Below are positions 15,180 to 23,372 of a stretch of 64,000 nt of DNA, one piece after another; positions within the stretch are counted from its first letter, which is position 1, and each line of letters opens with the position of its first letter. The position numbers were made by a program, and so were the translations under genes. Location: assembly GCA_964653285.1 (NCBI GenBank), contig CAZZEX010000012.1, positions 5,692-69,691 on the forward strand, given 5' to 3'. The notes beneath the pieces are model-generated. The model worked only from the letters and a program-made list of their open reading frames with translations, was not told the DNA's origin and made no database searches. Source of the DNA: an uncultured Anaerolineales bacterium (lineage in GTDB: Bacteria; Chloroflexota; Anaerolineae; B4-G1).

Positions 15180-16865
15180 GTGGCGCAGATGGAGTTGCCT
15201 TTTGCCTATGAGAAGAGCAATAGCGGACGCGCCCGCGACTCTAACCGCCGCCTCCACTCTCTACTCCCCAAGCCTCTACAGAAGGCCTGCGCGGAGAATA
15301 ATTTCCTCGACGATTACCTGCACTGGCTTCCAATTGATGAGATCGGTGTTCCCGACTACTATCCTAGACTCTCGAGGAACCTGAAGGACCTGGCGGTGCG
15401 TAACCTGATCTACCAGATTAAAGATGGTCTCTTCATCCACATTTACCCCGACCCGACGAGCGCAAGAGATATTTACATCCCCATAGAACCTCACATGACG
15501 GTGGATCTGGAGGATATCATGCCGGAGGTAGAGGCCAAACTCCTGGATTGGGCCGAGGAAATCGGCCTGGCGGAGACAGAGGAGGAGAAAAAGGAAGCGC
15601 TTGTGCGCGCGATAGACGAGATCGTCACCACCAACGCCGGAGTTGGGAAGACTCAGGTGACGCCCCGGCAACTGGAGGGGCTCCGGTACGTCATCACACG
15701 AGACAAGGCCGGCCTCAGTGTGCTGCAGCCGCTGCTCCTGGACCCCTACATTGAGGATATAAGTTGCAGCGGGGTGGGGTCTATCTTTATCGAACATAAG
15801 GTCTTCAAAAGCCTCCAGGCCGCCATCGTGTTCCCCACCCACGAGGACCTGGACGACTTCGTGGTCTGGATGGGCGAGTGGATTAAGAGACCCGTCACTA
15901 TACGCAACCCGATTGTGGACGCCACGCTTCCTGATGGGTCTCGTATAAATATCGTCTATGGAACCGACATCTCCAAGCGAGGGAGTAACTTCACAATCCG
16001 CAAGTTCAGCGAAACTCCTATCAGCATAATGGAACTCATCGAATTCGGAACTCTGGACTACATGATGGCTGCATATCTCTCCTTCATCCTTGAGGAGGGT
16101 ATGAATATGTTCGTCGCGGGCGCGACGGCGTCGGGCAAAACGACCACGCTTAATGCCATCACCACCTTCATCCTCCCTGACAAAAAGATCGTGAGCATAG
16201 AGGACACACCGGAACTCCAGGTCCCCCACAAGAACTGGATTCGAGAGGTGACCAGGGGAACAGGGCGAGAGAGCAAAGATAGCGCGGTGGGGATGTTCGA
16301 TCTCCTCAAAGCGGCCCTGAGGCAGCGCCCGGACAGGATCATCATTGGAGAGATCAGAGGAGAAGAAGGGGCTATTGCCTTCCAGGCGATGCAAACGGGG
16401 CACGGGGTGCTGTCCACCTTCCATGCTGCTTCTGTGGAGAAGCTCATCCAGCGCCTTACCGGAGAGCCCATTAACATACCCCGGGCTTACGTGGATAACC
16501 TCGACGTGGTGATTATTCAGGCTGCCGTGAGGGCACCCGGTGGGGGAGGAATGGTGCGGCGGATCCTCAGCATCAATGAGATCGTGGGGTACGATCCAAC
16601 TAGCAAGAGTTTCTCCTTCATCGAGGCCTTCCGCTGGAACCCGACAAGGGACACTTTTGACTTTCCAGGTTACATGAACAGCTATCTTCTGGAGGAAAAG
16701 ATAGCCATGAGGCGAGGCATCCCTCCTCACAAGAGAAGAGCGATCTACACAGAACTTAAGAAGAGAGCGAAGATCTTTGAGAAGCTCCATAGACAGAGAA
16801 AGGTGAGGGATTTCTATGACGTCTTCAAAATCACCGCAGAAGCGCACCGGCAAAATCTTCTCTGA
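15180..16865 (+). CDS. arlI: ArlI (FlaI) archaellum assembly/motor ATPase, type II/IV secretion NTPase superfamily
   Basis: 561 aa. FlaI-type N-terminus (NLIYQIKDGLFIHIYPD...YIPIEP). Walker A VAGATASGKTTTLNAI, plus EDTPEL and IIIGEIRGEE motifs. GTG 15180 start (alternative ATG 15189). Confidence 0.88.
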   Translation: MAQMELPFAYEKSNSGRARDSNRRLHSLLPKPLQKACAENNFLDDYLHWLPIDEIGVPDYYPRLSRNLKDLAVRNLIYQIKDGLFIHIYPDPTSARDIYIPIEPHMTVDLEDIMPEVEAKLLDWAEEIGLAETEEEKKEALVRAIDEIVTTNAGVGKTQVTPRQLEGLRYVITRDKAGLSVLQPLLLDPYIEDISCSGVGSIFIEHKVFKSLQAAIVFPTHEDLDDFVVWMGEWIKRPVTIRNPIVDATLPDGSRINIVYGTDISKRGSNFTIRKFSETPISIMELIEFGTLDYMMAAYLSFILEEGMNMFVAGATASGKTTTLNAITTFILPDKKIVSIEDTPELQVPHKNWIREVTRGTGRESKDSAVGMFDLLKAALRQRPDRIIIGEIRGEEGAIAFQAMQTGHGVLSTFHAASVEKLIQRLTGEPINIPRAYVDNLDVVIIQAAVRAPGGGGMVRRILSINEIVGYDPTSKSFSFIEAFRWNPTRDTFDFPGYMNSYLLEEKIAMRRGIPPHKRRAIYTELKKRAKIFEKLHRQRKVRDFYDVFKITAEAHRQNLL

Positions 16866-18306
16866 CCTCAGCAGAGGGATTTCGGGCTTCGATATCTTCT
16901 ATCAGCTCACGTACATGTCTGCCACGTCGGCGGCAGGGATCTCGAGGGACAGGGTTTTCGCGCTTGCCCGCCAGTTGCCCGCTCCTCCAGCCCAATGCTT
17001 CAGTGCGATCAATGACCTGGTCGCGAATTTGCGTTACAGTTACCCTGATGCCTGTCGCATGGTTGGCGAACGTGTGAAGTCGGATGAGATGAAGACCTTC
17101 CTGCTGCGGCTCTCTGACGCCCTCAGGTCAGGGGAGCCGCTGGCAGCCTTCTTGGCGCGGGAAGCCCGGGTGCAGGGGGAGAACTACTCGAATGAGTATG
17201 AGCGCAATCTGGAGAGTCTGAAGAAATGGAACGATGGCTATACAGCCGTTACCGTCTCGGTGGCGTTGATTGTGATCATTAACATGGTTTCATCTATGAT
17301 CTACGATCTGGGAACCGCCACGATGGTAGGGATGGTGGTAGTAGCTGCCATAATGGGCCTTATTATAGCCTGGATCTTATCCCGATCAGCGCCGCAGGAA
17401 ACCAAGCACGGCCCTCTGGCGGAAGGTGCCAAGGAACAGCACCTCAGCCTCAAACTCTTCCGCATCCTTTTCCCCATGGCAGGGGTCACAAGCCTGGCCC
17501 TCGCGTTGTTAGGAGTGAATTGGGGATGGACCATGATCGTGGCATCTCTCCTTATGGCCCCTATAGGGGTAGCCAGCCTGTTCGCTGACAGGAAAATCAC
17601 CAAGAAGGACGCGGAAATCAGCGCCTTCTTTCGCTCTCTGGGGGGGACGGCCACCTCAAGAGGAACCACGCTGACGGATGCTTTGACCAACATGAAGATA
17701 GATTCCTTTCCCACGCTAGAACCGGACATAAAGAGGCTTAGCCTGAGGCTCAGAGCCATTGGTAATCCTGAACTCTGCTGGCGGATGTTCGGAATTGAAA
17801 CAGGCAGCAAGCTGATAGACCAGACCACGGGCGTTTTCTATGGGGCGATACACCTGGGAGGGGACCCGGAGAGAGCGGGAGTTCTCTCCAGCCTATTCTC
17901 CATGAGGACCGCCATGCTGCGGGCTAAACGGGAAGGTGTTGCCGCCACCTTTACCTGGCTTTTAGTAGTGATGCACACTGTACTTGCAGCACTTATGGTC
18001 TTTCTCTTAGAGATCATTCGCCAATTCACAATCCTGTTAGAGGAGGCTATGGCGCCACTGGGACAAGGTGAGGAGGCAGTGCAATCGCCTGGAATGGACA
18101 TGGCTTTCTTCGGCACCCCCCGGATTCCATTCCTTGAGACGATAATGATAGGGATGATACTTACACTTGCCTTGACCAATGCATTCGCAGCCGTAGCCAG
18201 CGAGGGATCGCACTTACTTAAGATCTTTTTCTATTTGTCCATTTTGCTGCTCCTATCGGGGGTAAGTTTCCTCATCGTCCCCTCAATGGTACATCTGGTA
18301 ATGTGA
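16816..18306 (+). CDS. arlJ: ArlJ (FlaJ) polytopic membrane platform protein
   Basis: FDIFYQLTYMSATSAAGISRDRVF...FLLRLSDALRSGEPLAAFL...KKWNDGYTAV is the FlaJ/T2SSF pattern, duplicated, with multiple TM helices. It overlaps arlI by 50 nt. Confidence 0.82.
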   Translation: MTSSKSPQKRTGKIFSDLSRGISGFDIFYQLTYMSATSAAGISRDRVFALARQLPAPPAQCFSAINDLVANLRYSYPDACRMVGERVKSDEMKTFLLRLSDALRSGEPLAAFLAREARVQGENYSNEYERNLESLKKWNDGYTAVTVSVALIVIINMVSSMIYDLGTATMVGMVVVAAIMGLIIAWILSRSAPQETKHGPLAEGAKEQHLSLKLFRILFPMAGVTSLALALLGVNWGWTMIVASLLMAPIGVASLFADRKITKKDAEISAFFRSLGGTATSRGTTLTDALTNMKIDSFPTLEPDIKRLSLRLRAIGNPELCWRMFGIETGSKLIDQTTGVFYGAIHLGGDPERAGVLSSLFSMRTAMLRAKREGVAATFTWLLVVMHTVLAALMVFLLEIIRQFTILLEEAMAPLGQGEEAVQSPGMDMAFFGTPRIPFLETIMIGMILTLALTNAFAAVASEGSHLLKIFFYLSILLLLSGVSFLIVPSMVHLVM

Positions 18307-18313
18307 AAAGGCT

Positions 18314-19261
18314 ATGACGTTCACAGAGGAAAATCTGCAAGCCACATCAGGGCACCTCGAGGCCACCCTCAATGGATCTGACAATGTAGACAATCATGAG
18401 GCTGAGGCGGGGAAGTTGGCGGGTCTCAAGGACCTCGTAAGGGGATCTCGAGGCACCCTCCTCGGACTGGTCTTTCTGGCTGGGCTGCTCCTGGGTTGGG
18501 TGGTCATCGGTTGGTGGCTCTGGCCGGTGAAATGGACCAACTCCGAGCCCTGGCTCCTGCGTCCGGAGCACCAAAGGACGTTCGTCGGCCTGGTGGCGGA
18601 CGACTATTGGCATACCAGGGATGTATCCCGAGCCAGGCAGGCCCTGGCTGGCTGGGATGACGAAGCCCTGACCAACCTCATGGCCACGATGCAGTCTCAG
18701 GCATCCAGCCCTGAGGAGTGCCAGCACCTGGCAGCGCTGGCGGATGCGCTGGCACTGCCGAATCCAGAAGAGTCTTTATTAACCTCTCTCCTTAATCATA
18801 AGATCCTCATCTTGAGCGCTGTCTTGTCAGCAGCGCCGCTGGTGGCGGCGATTGCTCTTGCTGTTTCTCCCCTGATGCGGCGCGGAGTGAAGAAGCATAA
18901 AAGACTGCTGGGTCAAGGAGTAGAAGATCTGGAAGAAGAACTTGAACAACTGCTGGCTCAGGAAAAAGAACAACAGGCTCAAGAAGAAGAACAGGAGGCT
19001 GGAGAAGAGGAAGAAGAGAAGGAGTGGGAAGAAGGTGAAGAAGAAGAAGAAGGAAATGAATGGCTGGATGAAGAAATAGGGGAAGAAGACCAAACGATAC
19101 AGGGTATTCTGTCGGGCATCTTCGAGGAGGAAGATGAGACACTGGGCTATTATGCATCCATCTGCAAGAACTTGGAGGATATAGATATAGATGATCTGGT
19201 ACAAAAGAGCCAGGAGGTAATGGGGCAGATCGTGAGGAGTAACACGCTACGCCAGGCATAG
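18314..19261 (+). CDS. two-TM membrane protein with extremely acidic Glu-rich C-terminal tail, unknown function
   Basis: TM helices LLGLVFLAGLLLGWVVIGWWLW and ILILSAVLSAAPLVAAIALAV. The tail reads EDLEEELEQLLAQEKEQQAQEEEQEAGEEEEEKEWEEGEEEEEGNEWLDEE. The gene is tightly packed between arlJ and the peptidase gene. Confidence 0.6.
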   Translation: MTFTEENLQATSGHLEATLNGSDNVDNHEAEAGKLAGLKDLVRGSRGTLLGLVFLAGLLLGWVVIGWWLWPVKWTNSEPWLLRPEHQRTFVGLVADDYWHTRDVSRARQALAGWDDEALTNLMATMQSQASSPEECQHLAALADALALPNPEESLLTSLLNHKILILSAVLSAAPLVAAIALAVSPLMRRGVKKHKRLLGQGVEDLEEELEQLLAQEKEQQAQEEEQEAGEEEEEKEWEEGEEEEEGNEWLDEEIGEEDQTIQGILSGIFEEEDETLGYYASICKNLEDIDIDDLVQKSQEVMGQIVRSNTLRQA

Positions 19262-19300
19262 ATTCGTGGATAGCCCAGGATAGCAAGGATAGACTGAGCC

Positions 19301-20020
19301 ATGACTCTTCCGTGTGCATTGGTGGGACTGTTGGTGGGGAGCCTTCTCAACTGGGCCGGGGATTACCTGCCGCGCTTCGCCTCCAGCAGCGCGGCTTCTT
19401 CGTATGAACCCACTCCCCGGCCCAGGTCCGCCCTGTGGTATCTACTGACATCCTCCCTATTCCAGAGAAACTTGGTTCACCTCCAGAGATCGTCCTGGTT
19501 GGGTGTTGCAGTGGAGATTCTCACCGCCTTACTCCTCGCCTATCTCTGGGAACGTTTCGGGCCATCATGGAGACTGCTCTTGCTGGCTCTTACCGGCTTC
19601 TTTTTTTTGCTCATCGCCATCATTGACCTGCGATACCGGTTGGTTCTGAATGTGTTGATCTACCCTGCTGCTGTGGTGACATTGCTCATTCACTCTGTGC
19701 CCCCTGGAAAGGATACCCTCATCGCTCTCCTGGGTGGCGCAGTCGGACTTGCACCCTTCTTGTTGGTGGCCCTGCTTAAGCCAGGAGATATAGGCGGGGG
19801 CGACGTAAAACTGGCCGCCCTCATCGGGCTGATGGTCGGTTTTCCGCAGGTGCTGTGGGCTCTGTCGCTCGGCATCCTGGCAGGCGGGATCACGGCTCTT
19901 ATCCTTCTTTTCACCCGTCGTTGGGGGCCCAGGAACTACATTCCCTATGCTCCCTTCCTCTGCCTGGGGGCAGTGTTCTCCCTTGTCTACGACCCTTCCC
20001 CCCTGATATTCCCTCTTTGA
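19301..20020 (+). CDS. A24-family prepilin/prearchaellin signal peptidase (PibD/ArlK/FlaK-like)
   Basis: Polytopic. The two catalytic Asp contexts are LLIAIIDLRYRLV and GDIGGGDVKLAALIG. Confidence 0.85.
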   Translation: MTLPCALVGLLVGSLLNWAGDYLPRFASSSAASSYEPTPRPRSALWYLLTSSLFQRNLVHLQRSSWLGVAVEILTALLLAYLWERFGPSWRLLLLALTGFFFLLIAIIDLRYRLVLNVLIYPAAVVTLLIHSVPPGKDTLIALLGGAVGLAPFLLVALLKPGDIGGGDVKLAALIGLMVGFPQVLWALSLGILAGGITALILLFTRRWGPRNYIPYAPFLCLGAVFSLVYDPSPLIFPL

Positions 20021-20101
20021 ATAGGGTGAGGCATCTGCTTCAGTTTACAATTGCCAAACTACAATTTGCGGAAAGAGATGCTTTGTGGTAGGATAATTGA
20101 C

Positions 20102-21745
20102 ATGGCTTCACAAGACTCTCTTGACCTCAACGGCCCGCTGGAGCAACCCCAGCCACGCAGCCCACGCCGGGGTACGATAATCCTGTGGCTGGTAGCAATC
20201 AGTGGGGTCATCCTTCTCCTTCCTCTCTACCTCGTCTCCACCACCATCCGTGGCGATATCACCCGTTCGGAAGCCAATCTCCAATCTGCCCACGAGGCTC
20301 TGACAAGCGAAGGAACGCCAGAGCCCGAGGCCCAAGAGATTATGGACGACCTGGCCCAGGTACAGGGAACGGTTAACGAGATTGAGGGAGTATATTCCGC
20401 CCTGGCAGCCGGTCACGTCAATTGGCCGGCTGTAATGGCCGCCATTGGCAACTACGATCCGTCCCAACTCGCTCTCGATTCTGTCGCCCACTCCGGTAAC
20501 CAAATCACCCTCAACGGGCGAGCCATTGACGACTCCGCTGTGATGGTCTACAGTCGTGCCCTCGAAGAGTCGGACCTTTTCTCCCGCGTCGTCGTGCAGT
20601 CCGTGAGGCTGATCGCCACTCCCTTTGCATCACCGACGGGCACGGCGGTGGAACCATCAGGGACACCTCTGACGCCTACCGCGACTATTACACCCACGGC
20701 GACCCCCACTCCGACCCCCGACCCGACCGATGGATATGAGGTGGATGACTTCACACCCAAGGTCATCCTCCTGGGCCAGCCACAATCACACAACTTCTAT
20801 CCCGTCTACGACGTGGATAGGGTCAAGTTCCTCGCCAAAGCGGGGCGCTACTACCGAGTTTCCACCGCGGACCTGTCTCCAGGGGTGGATACTTTCCTGA
20901 CCATGATCCTGGGAGGAACCACCTACACCAACGATGATCGCGAACCAGGCTCTCTGAGTTCCGAGATCATGTTTCAAGCCGGGGCCGGCAGCGACGTGGA
21001 GGCGATCGTCAAAGTGACGAACCGGGGACAGTATGGTACTGACAGTTGGTACCAGATCACCGTTGAAGAGATTATCCCCACACCCACACCGACGCCCACA
21101 CCCACACCGACGCCCACGCCCCTGCCCACACCGACGCCCACGAGTCTCCCCCCTCCCACCGCCACACCGGCAGATACACCCACGCCTACTCCGGACCTGC
21201 GTGACGAGTATGAACCCGACGATACTAACCCCCAACCCATCGCTATGGGAGAGATGCAGAAACACAATTTCTATCCGGATAACGACACGGACAGGATGGA
21301 GTTCCTGGCCAAAGCAGGGCGCTACTACCGGGTCTCCACCTCAGGCCTGATGCCGGGGGTGGACACTTTCCTGACCGTGAGCCTGGGTGAAACCATCTAC
21401 ACCAACGATGATCGCGACGATAATCACGAACCAGGCGACCTGAGTTCCGAAATCGTCTTTCAAGTTGAGAGCGGTGACGTAAATGCTCTCGTCGAAGTGA
21501 CGAATCGGAGACAGTATGGCCCTGACAAGTGGTATCAGATCACCGTTGAAGAGATTGCCCCCACACCCACCCCTACATCCACAAGCACGCCCTTGCCCAC
21601 GGATACACCATCGTCTTCCTCAAGTTCCTCAAGGCTTCCTGGCGTAGCCTCGCTGGCCTGCGGGGGTGGGAGGCCTTCAGGTGTTTTCAGCCCCACGGCG
21701 GTTGAATTTGTGATTGCCTTGGAGTTAAAGACAGAATCGCCATGA
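20102..21745 (+). CDS. PilN-like bitopic protein with two extracellular PPC (pre-peptidase C-terminal) domains
   Basis: I chose ATG 20102. A short cytoplasmic N-terminus is followed by one TM helix (IILWLVAISGVILLLPLYLV), a coiled coil and a PilN-like fold (QITLNGRAIDDSAVMVYSRALEESDLFSRVVVQSV). Two ~115-aa repeats then follow (D.YE.DD...Q.HNFYP..D.D...F.AKAGRYYRVST..L.PGVDTFLT......YTNDD), separated by TPTP linkers. Confidence 0.68.
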   Translation: MASQDSLDLNGPLEQPQPRSPRRGTIILWLVAISGVILLLPLYLVSTTIRGDITRSEANLQSAHEALTSEGTPEPEAQEIMDDLAQVQGTVNEIEGVYSALAAGHVNWPAVMAAIGNYDPSQLALDSVAHSGNQITLNGRAIDDSAVMVYSRALEESDLFSRVVVQSVRLIATPFASPTGTAVEPSGTPLTPTATITPTATPTPTPDPTDGYEVDDFTPKVILLGQPQSHNFYPVYDVDRVKFLAKAGRYYRVSTADLSPGVDTFLTMILGGTTYTNDDREPGSLSSEIMFQAGAGSDVEAIVKVTNRGQYGTDSWYQITVEEIIPTPTPTPTPTPTPTPLPTPTPTSLPPPTATPADTPTPTPDLRDEYEPDDTNPQPIAMGEMQKHNFYPDNDTDRMEFLAKAGRYYRVSTSGLMPGVDTFLTVSLGETIYTNDDRDDNHEPGDLSSEIVFQVESGDVNALVEVTNRRQYGPDKWYQITVEEIAPTPTPTSTSTPLPTDTPSSSSSSSRLPGVASLACGGGRPSGVFSPTAVEFVIALELKTESP

Positions 21746-23109
21746 ACTTCTTGAGTAGATTGGGAGAGCGTATCCCGTCCGGGGAGCGCCTCTATTCCCT
21801 GCTGGCTATCGTTGTCATCATCGCGGCAGCGCTTGGCATCATTTTTTTCATCAGATTCTCCATCCTGCCACAATGGCAAACCAGAAGCGAACTGGCCTTC
21901 CAACTGGCTGCGGCGCAGCAACAACTGGTGGACACCGAAAGGGCCCAGGAGGAGAACCCCGACAAGTTAAGGGAGCAACTGGAAGCGGCGCAGGCCAAAC
22001 TGGACGAGGCATCTGGTCTCTTTTTCAGCGAGTCCCAGGCGGCTGAAGTGTTGAACAATCTGTACCAGTACGCCAACGAGAGTGGTGTGGAGATCACCAG
22101 TCTGCAAAACCAACCTGGTCCAGAGGAGGAAAAGAAGGACATCTACGACGTCAAGACGTTCCAACTGCAAGTCGCAGGCTCTGTTCCCAATTTGATTGCC
22201 TTCATGTCCCGGATCAAGGAAGCCACATCTGAGAGCTTCATAATCAGTAATGTGAACATCGTAGAAGGCGAGAAACTACATACCCTCACCATGGATATCA
22301 CTCTCTATACCTCCCCCTACTCCTCTGGAGCGGCTGACCAGGCAGAGCCTGGCATCATTCCCACGGTGACACCGATAAACCTGACTCAGTTAGAGAAAGA
22401 GCTGGCGACAGCCTGGGCGGCGGAAGATTGGGACCAGGCGATATTCCTCATCAACCAGATCCGGGCCATAGACCCAGATTACGATGACATGGCGGAGAGA
22501 CTTTACATGGCCTACGTCAATTATGGTTCCCAGCTCTTGACGGAGGGAAACAGCGGCGAGGCGATAGCGCAGTTCGACCTGGCTCTGGAGATCAAACCAG
22601 GCGGGGAGGAGGCTGTGGCGGGGCTCCAGCAGGCTTCCGTTACACCAACTCCAACCTTGAGCGTGGAGGAGCAACTGGAACAAGACCTGGACGATGCGTG
22701 GGAGGCGGGAAACTGGGAAGAGGCCATCAGCCTGATCGAGCAGATATTGGAGATCAACCCTGAATACGACGAGATGACCGAGAAGCTCTACGCAGCCCAC
22801 GTGAGCTATGGGTACCAGCTCGCTGCTGAGGGAAAACTTGAGGAAGCGAAGGGGGCATTCAGCCATGCCCTAGACATCAAACCTGACGGAGAGGAGGCCA
22901 AGGCTGGGCTGCAACAGTTGGCTGGTGGCACGCTGCCTTCAACGCCGACCCCAGAATCTCAGTACACTATCCACGTGGTTCAGCGAGGCGAGAACCTGTT
23001 TCGCATCGCGCTGCGCTACGGCACCACCGTGGAAGCGATCATGGCAGCCAACGGGCTGACCAACAATACTATTTACGTGGGCCAGCAGCTGCGCATCCCC
23101 ATCCGCTAG
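21742..23109 (+). CDS. PilO-like bitopic protein with TPR repeats and C-terminal LysM domain
   Basis: ATGA overlap with the previous gene. One TM helix, a coiled coil, then AEVLNNLYQYANESGVEITSLQ...FQLQVAGSVPNLIAFMSRI (PilO pattern). Two TPR-like repeats (W..A...I.QI..I.P.YD.M.E.LY.A.V.YG.QL...G....A...F..AL.IKP). LysM: YTIHVVQRGENLFRIALRYGTTVEAIMAANGL...VGQQLRIP. Confidence 0.68.
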   Translation: MNFLSRLGERIPSGERLYSLLAIVVIIAAALGIIFFIRFSILPQWQTRSELAFQLAAAQQQLVDTERAQEENPDKLREQLEAAQAKLDEASGLFFSESQAAEVLNNLYQYANESGVEITSLQNQPGPEEEKKDIYDVKTFQLQVAGSVPNLIAFMSRIKEATSESFIISNVNIVEGEKLHTLTMDITLYTSPYSSGAADQAEPGIIPTVTPINLTQLEKELATAWAAEDWDQAIFLINQIRAIDPDYDDMAERLYMAYVNYGSQLLTEGNSGEAIAQFDLALEIKPGGEEAVAGLQQASVTPTPTLSVEEQLEQDLDDAWEAGNWEEAISLIEQILEINPEYDEMTEKLYAAHVSYGYQLAAEGKLEEAKGAFSHALDIKPDGEEAKAGLQQLAGGTLPSTPTPESQYTIHVVQRGENLFRIALRYGTTVEAIMAANGLTNNTIYVGQQLRIPIR

Positions 23110-23160
23110 GAGCGAAGGGCGGATGGCCGCGAGAGGTGCAGGTCCTCTCGCACCCCTGGT

Positions 23161-23189
23161 TTGACAACCCCTCACCCGCGTGTTATACT
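23161..23189 (+). promoter_or_regulatory. sigma-70-type promoter of tRNA-Lys (TTGACA-17-TGtTATACT)
   Basis: TTGACA at 23161-23166 and TATACT at 23184-23189 with a 17-nt spacer. The tRNA 5' end lies 10 nt downstream of the -10 element. Confidence 0.65.
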
Positions 23190-23198
23190 TGCTACCGT

Positions 23199-23272
23199 GG
23201 GCCGTTAGCTCAGCCCGGTAGAGCAGGGGCCTTTTAAGCCTTTGGCCGCAGGTTCGAATCCTGCACGGCCCA
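23199..23272 (+). tRNA. tRNA-Lys (anticodon UUU)
   Basis: 74-nt cloverleaf folded by hand: acceptor GGGCCGT/ACGGCCC, D arm GCTC..GAGC, anticodon stem GGGGC/GCCTT with loop CTTTTAA, T arm GCAGG-TTCGAAT-CCTGC, discriminator A. CCA is not encoded. Confidence 0.9.
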
Positions 23273-23299
23273 CTGGGGGAAGCAGACAAGTAGACAAGC

Positions 23300-23340
23300 A
23301 CACAGGTAGGCAGGTACACAAGCGCCTCGTCTACCTGTGT
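23300..23340 (+). other. 10-bp perfect inverted repeat downstream of the tRNA (ACACAGGTAG ... CTACCTGTGT)
   Basis: Read directly. It has a 21-nt loop, and the flanks extend the pairing imperfectly (gtagaca.. / ..tgtctac). There is no T-tract. Confidence 0.3.
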
Positions 23341-23372
23341 CCCTGTCTGTCTACAATAGGGGACAAGCGACA

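Noticed and set aside
8998-20020. Interpretation of the locus as a Tad/Flp or type IVa pilus system
   Set aside because: The filament proteins are about 190 aa with archaellin-like N-terminal and beta-rich C-terminal parts, not 50-70-aa Flp pilins. There is one FlaJ-type duplicated platform protein instead of TadB+TadC or PilC. FlaH-like and two FlaF/G-like proteins are present. There is no secretin, RcpB/TadD or PilQ. Only the TadZ-like and PilN/O-like flanking genes are bacterial-type.
20066-20102. Possible internal promoter (TTGCGG-17-TGgTAGGAT) that would give a leaderless transcript for the PilN-like gene
   Set aside because: The -35 element is weak and the -10 deviates from the TATACT seen at the strong promoters. 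With a 36-nt window the match is within chance expectation. I am not reporting it as a feature without transcript data.
23199-23360. tRNA-Lys as an attachment site with a detectable direct repeat marking an integrated element
   Set aside because: I searched by eye for a copy of the tRNA 3' half (ggttcgaatcctgcacggccca) elsewhere in the window and found none. No integrase is present. Only the compositional argument remains (kept as a low-weight finding).
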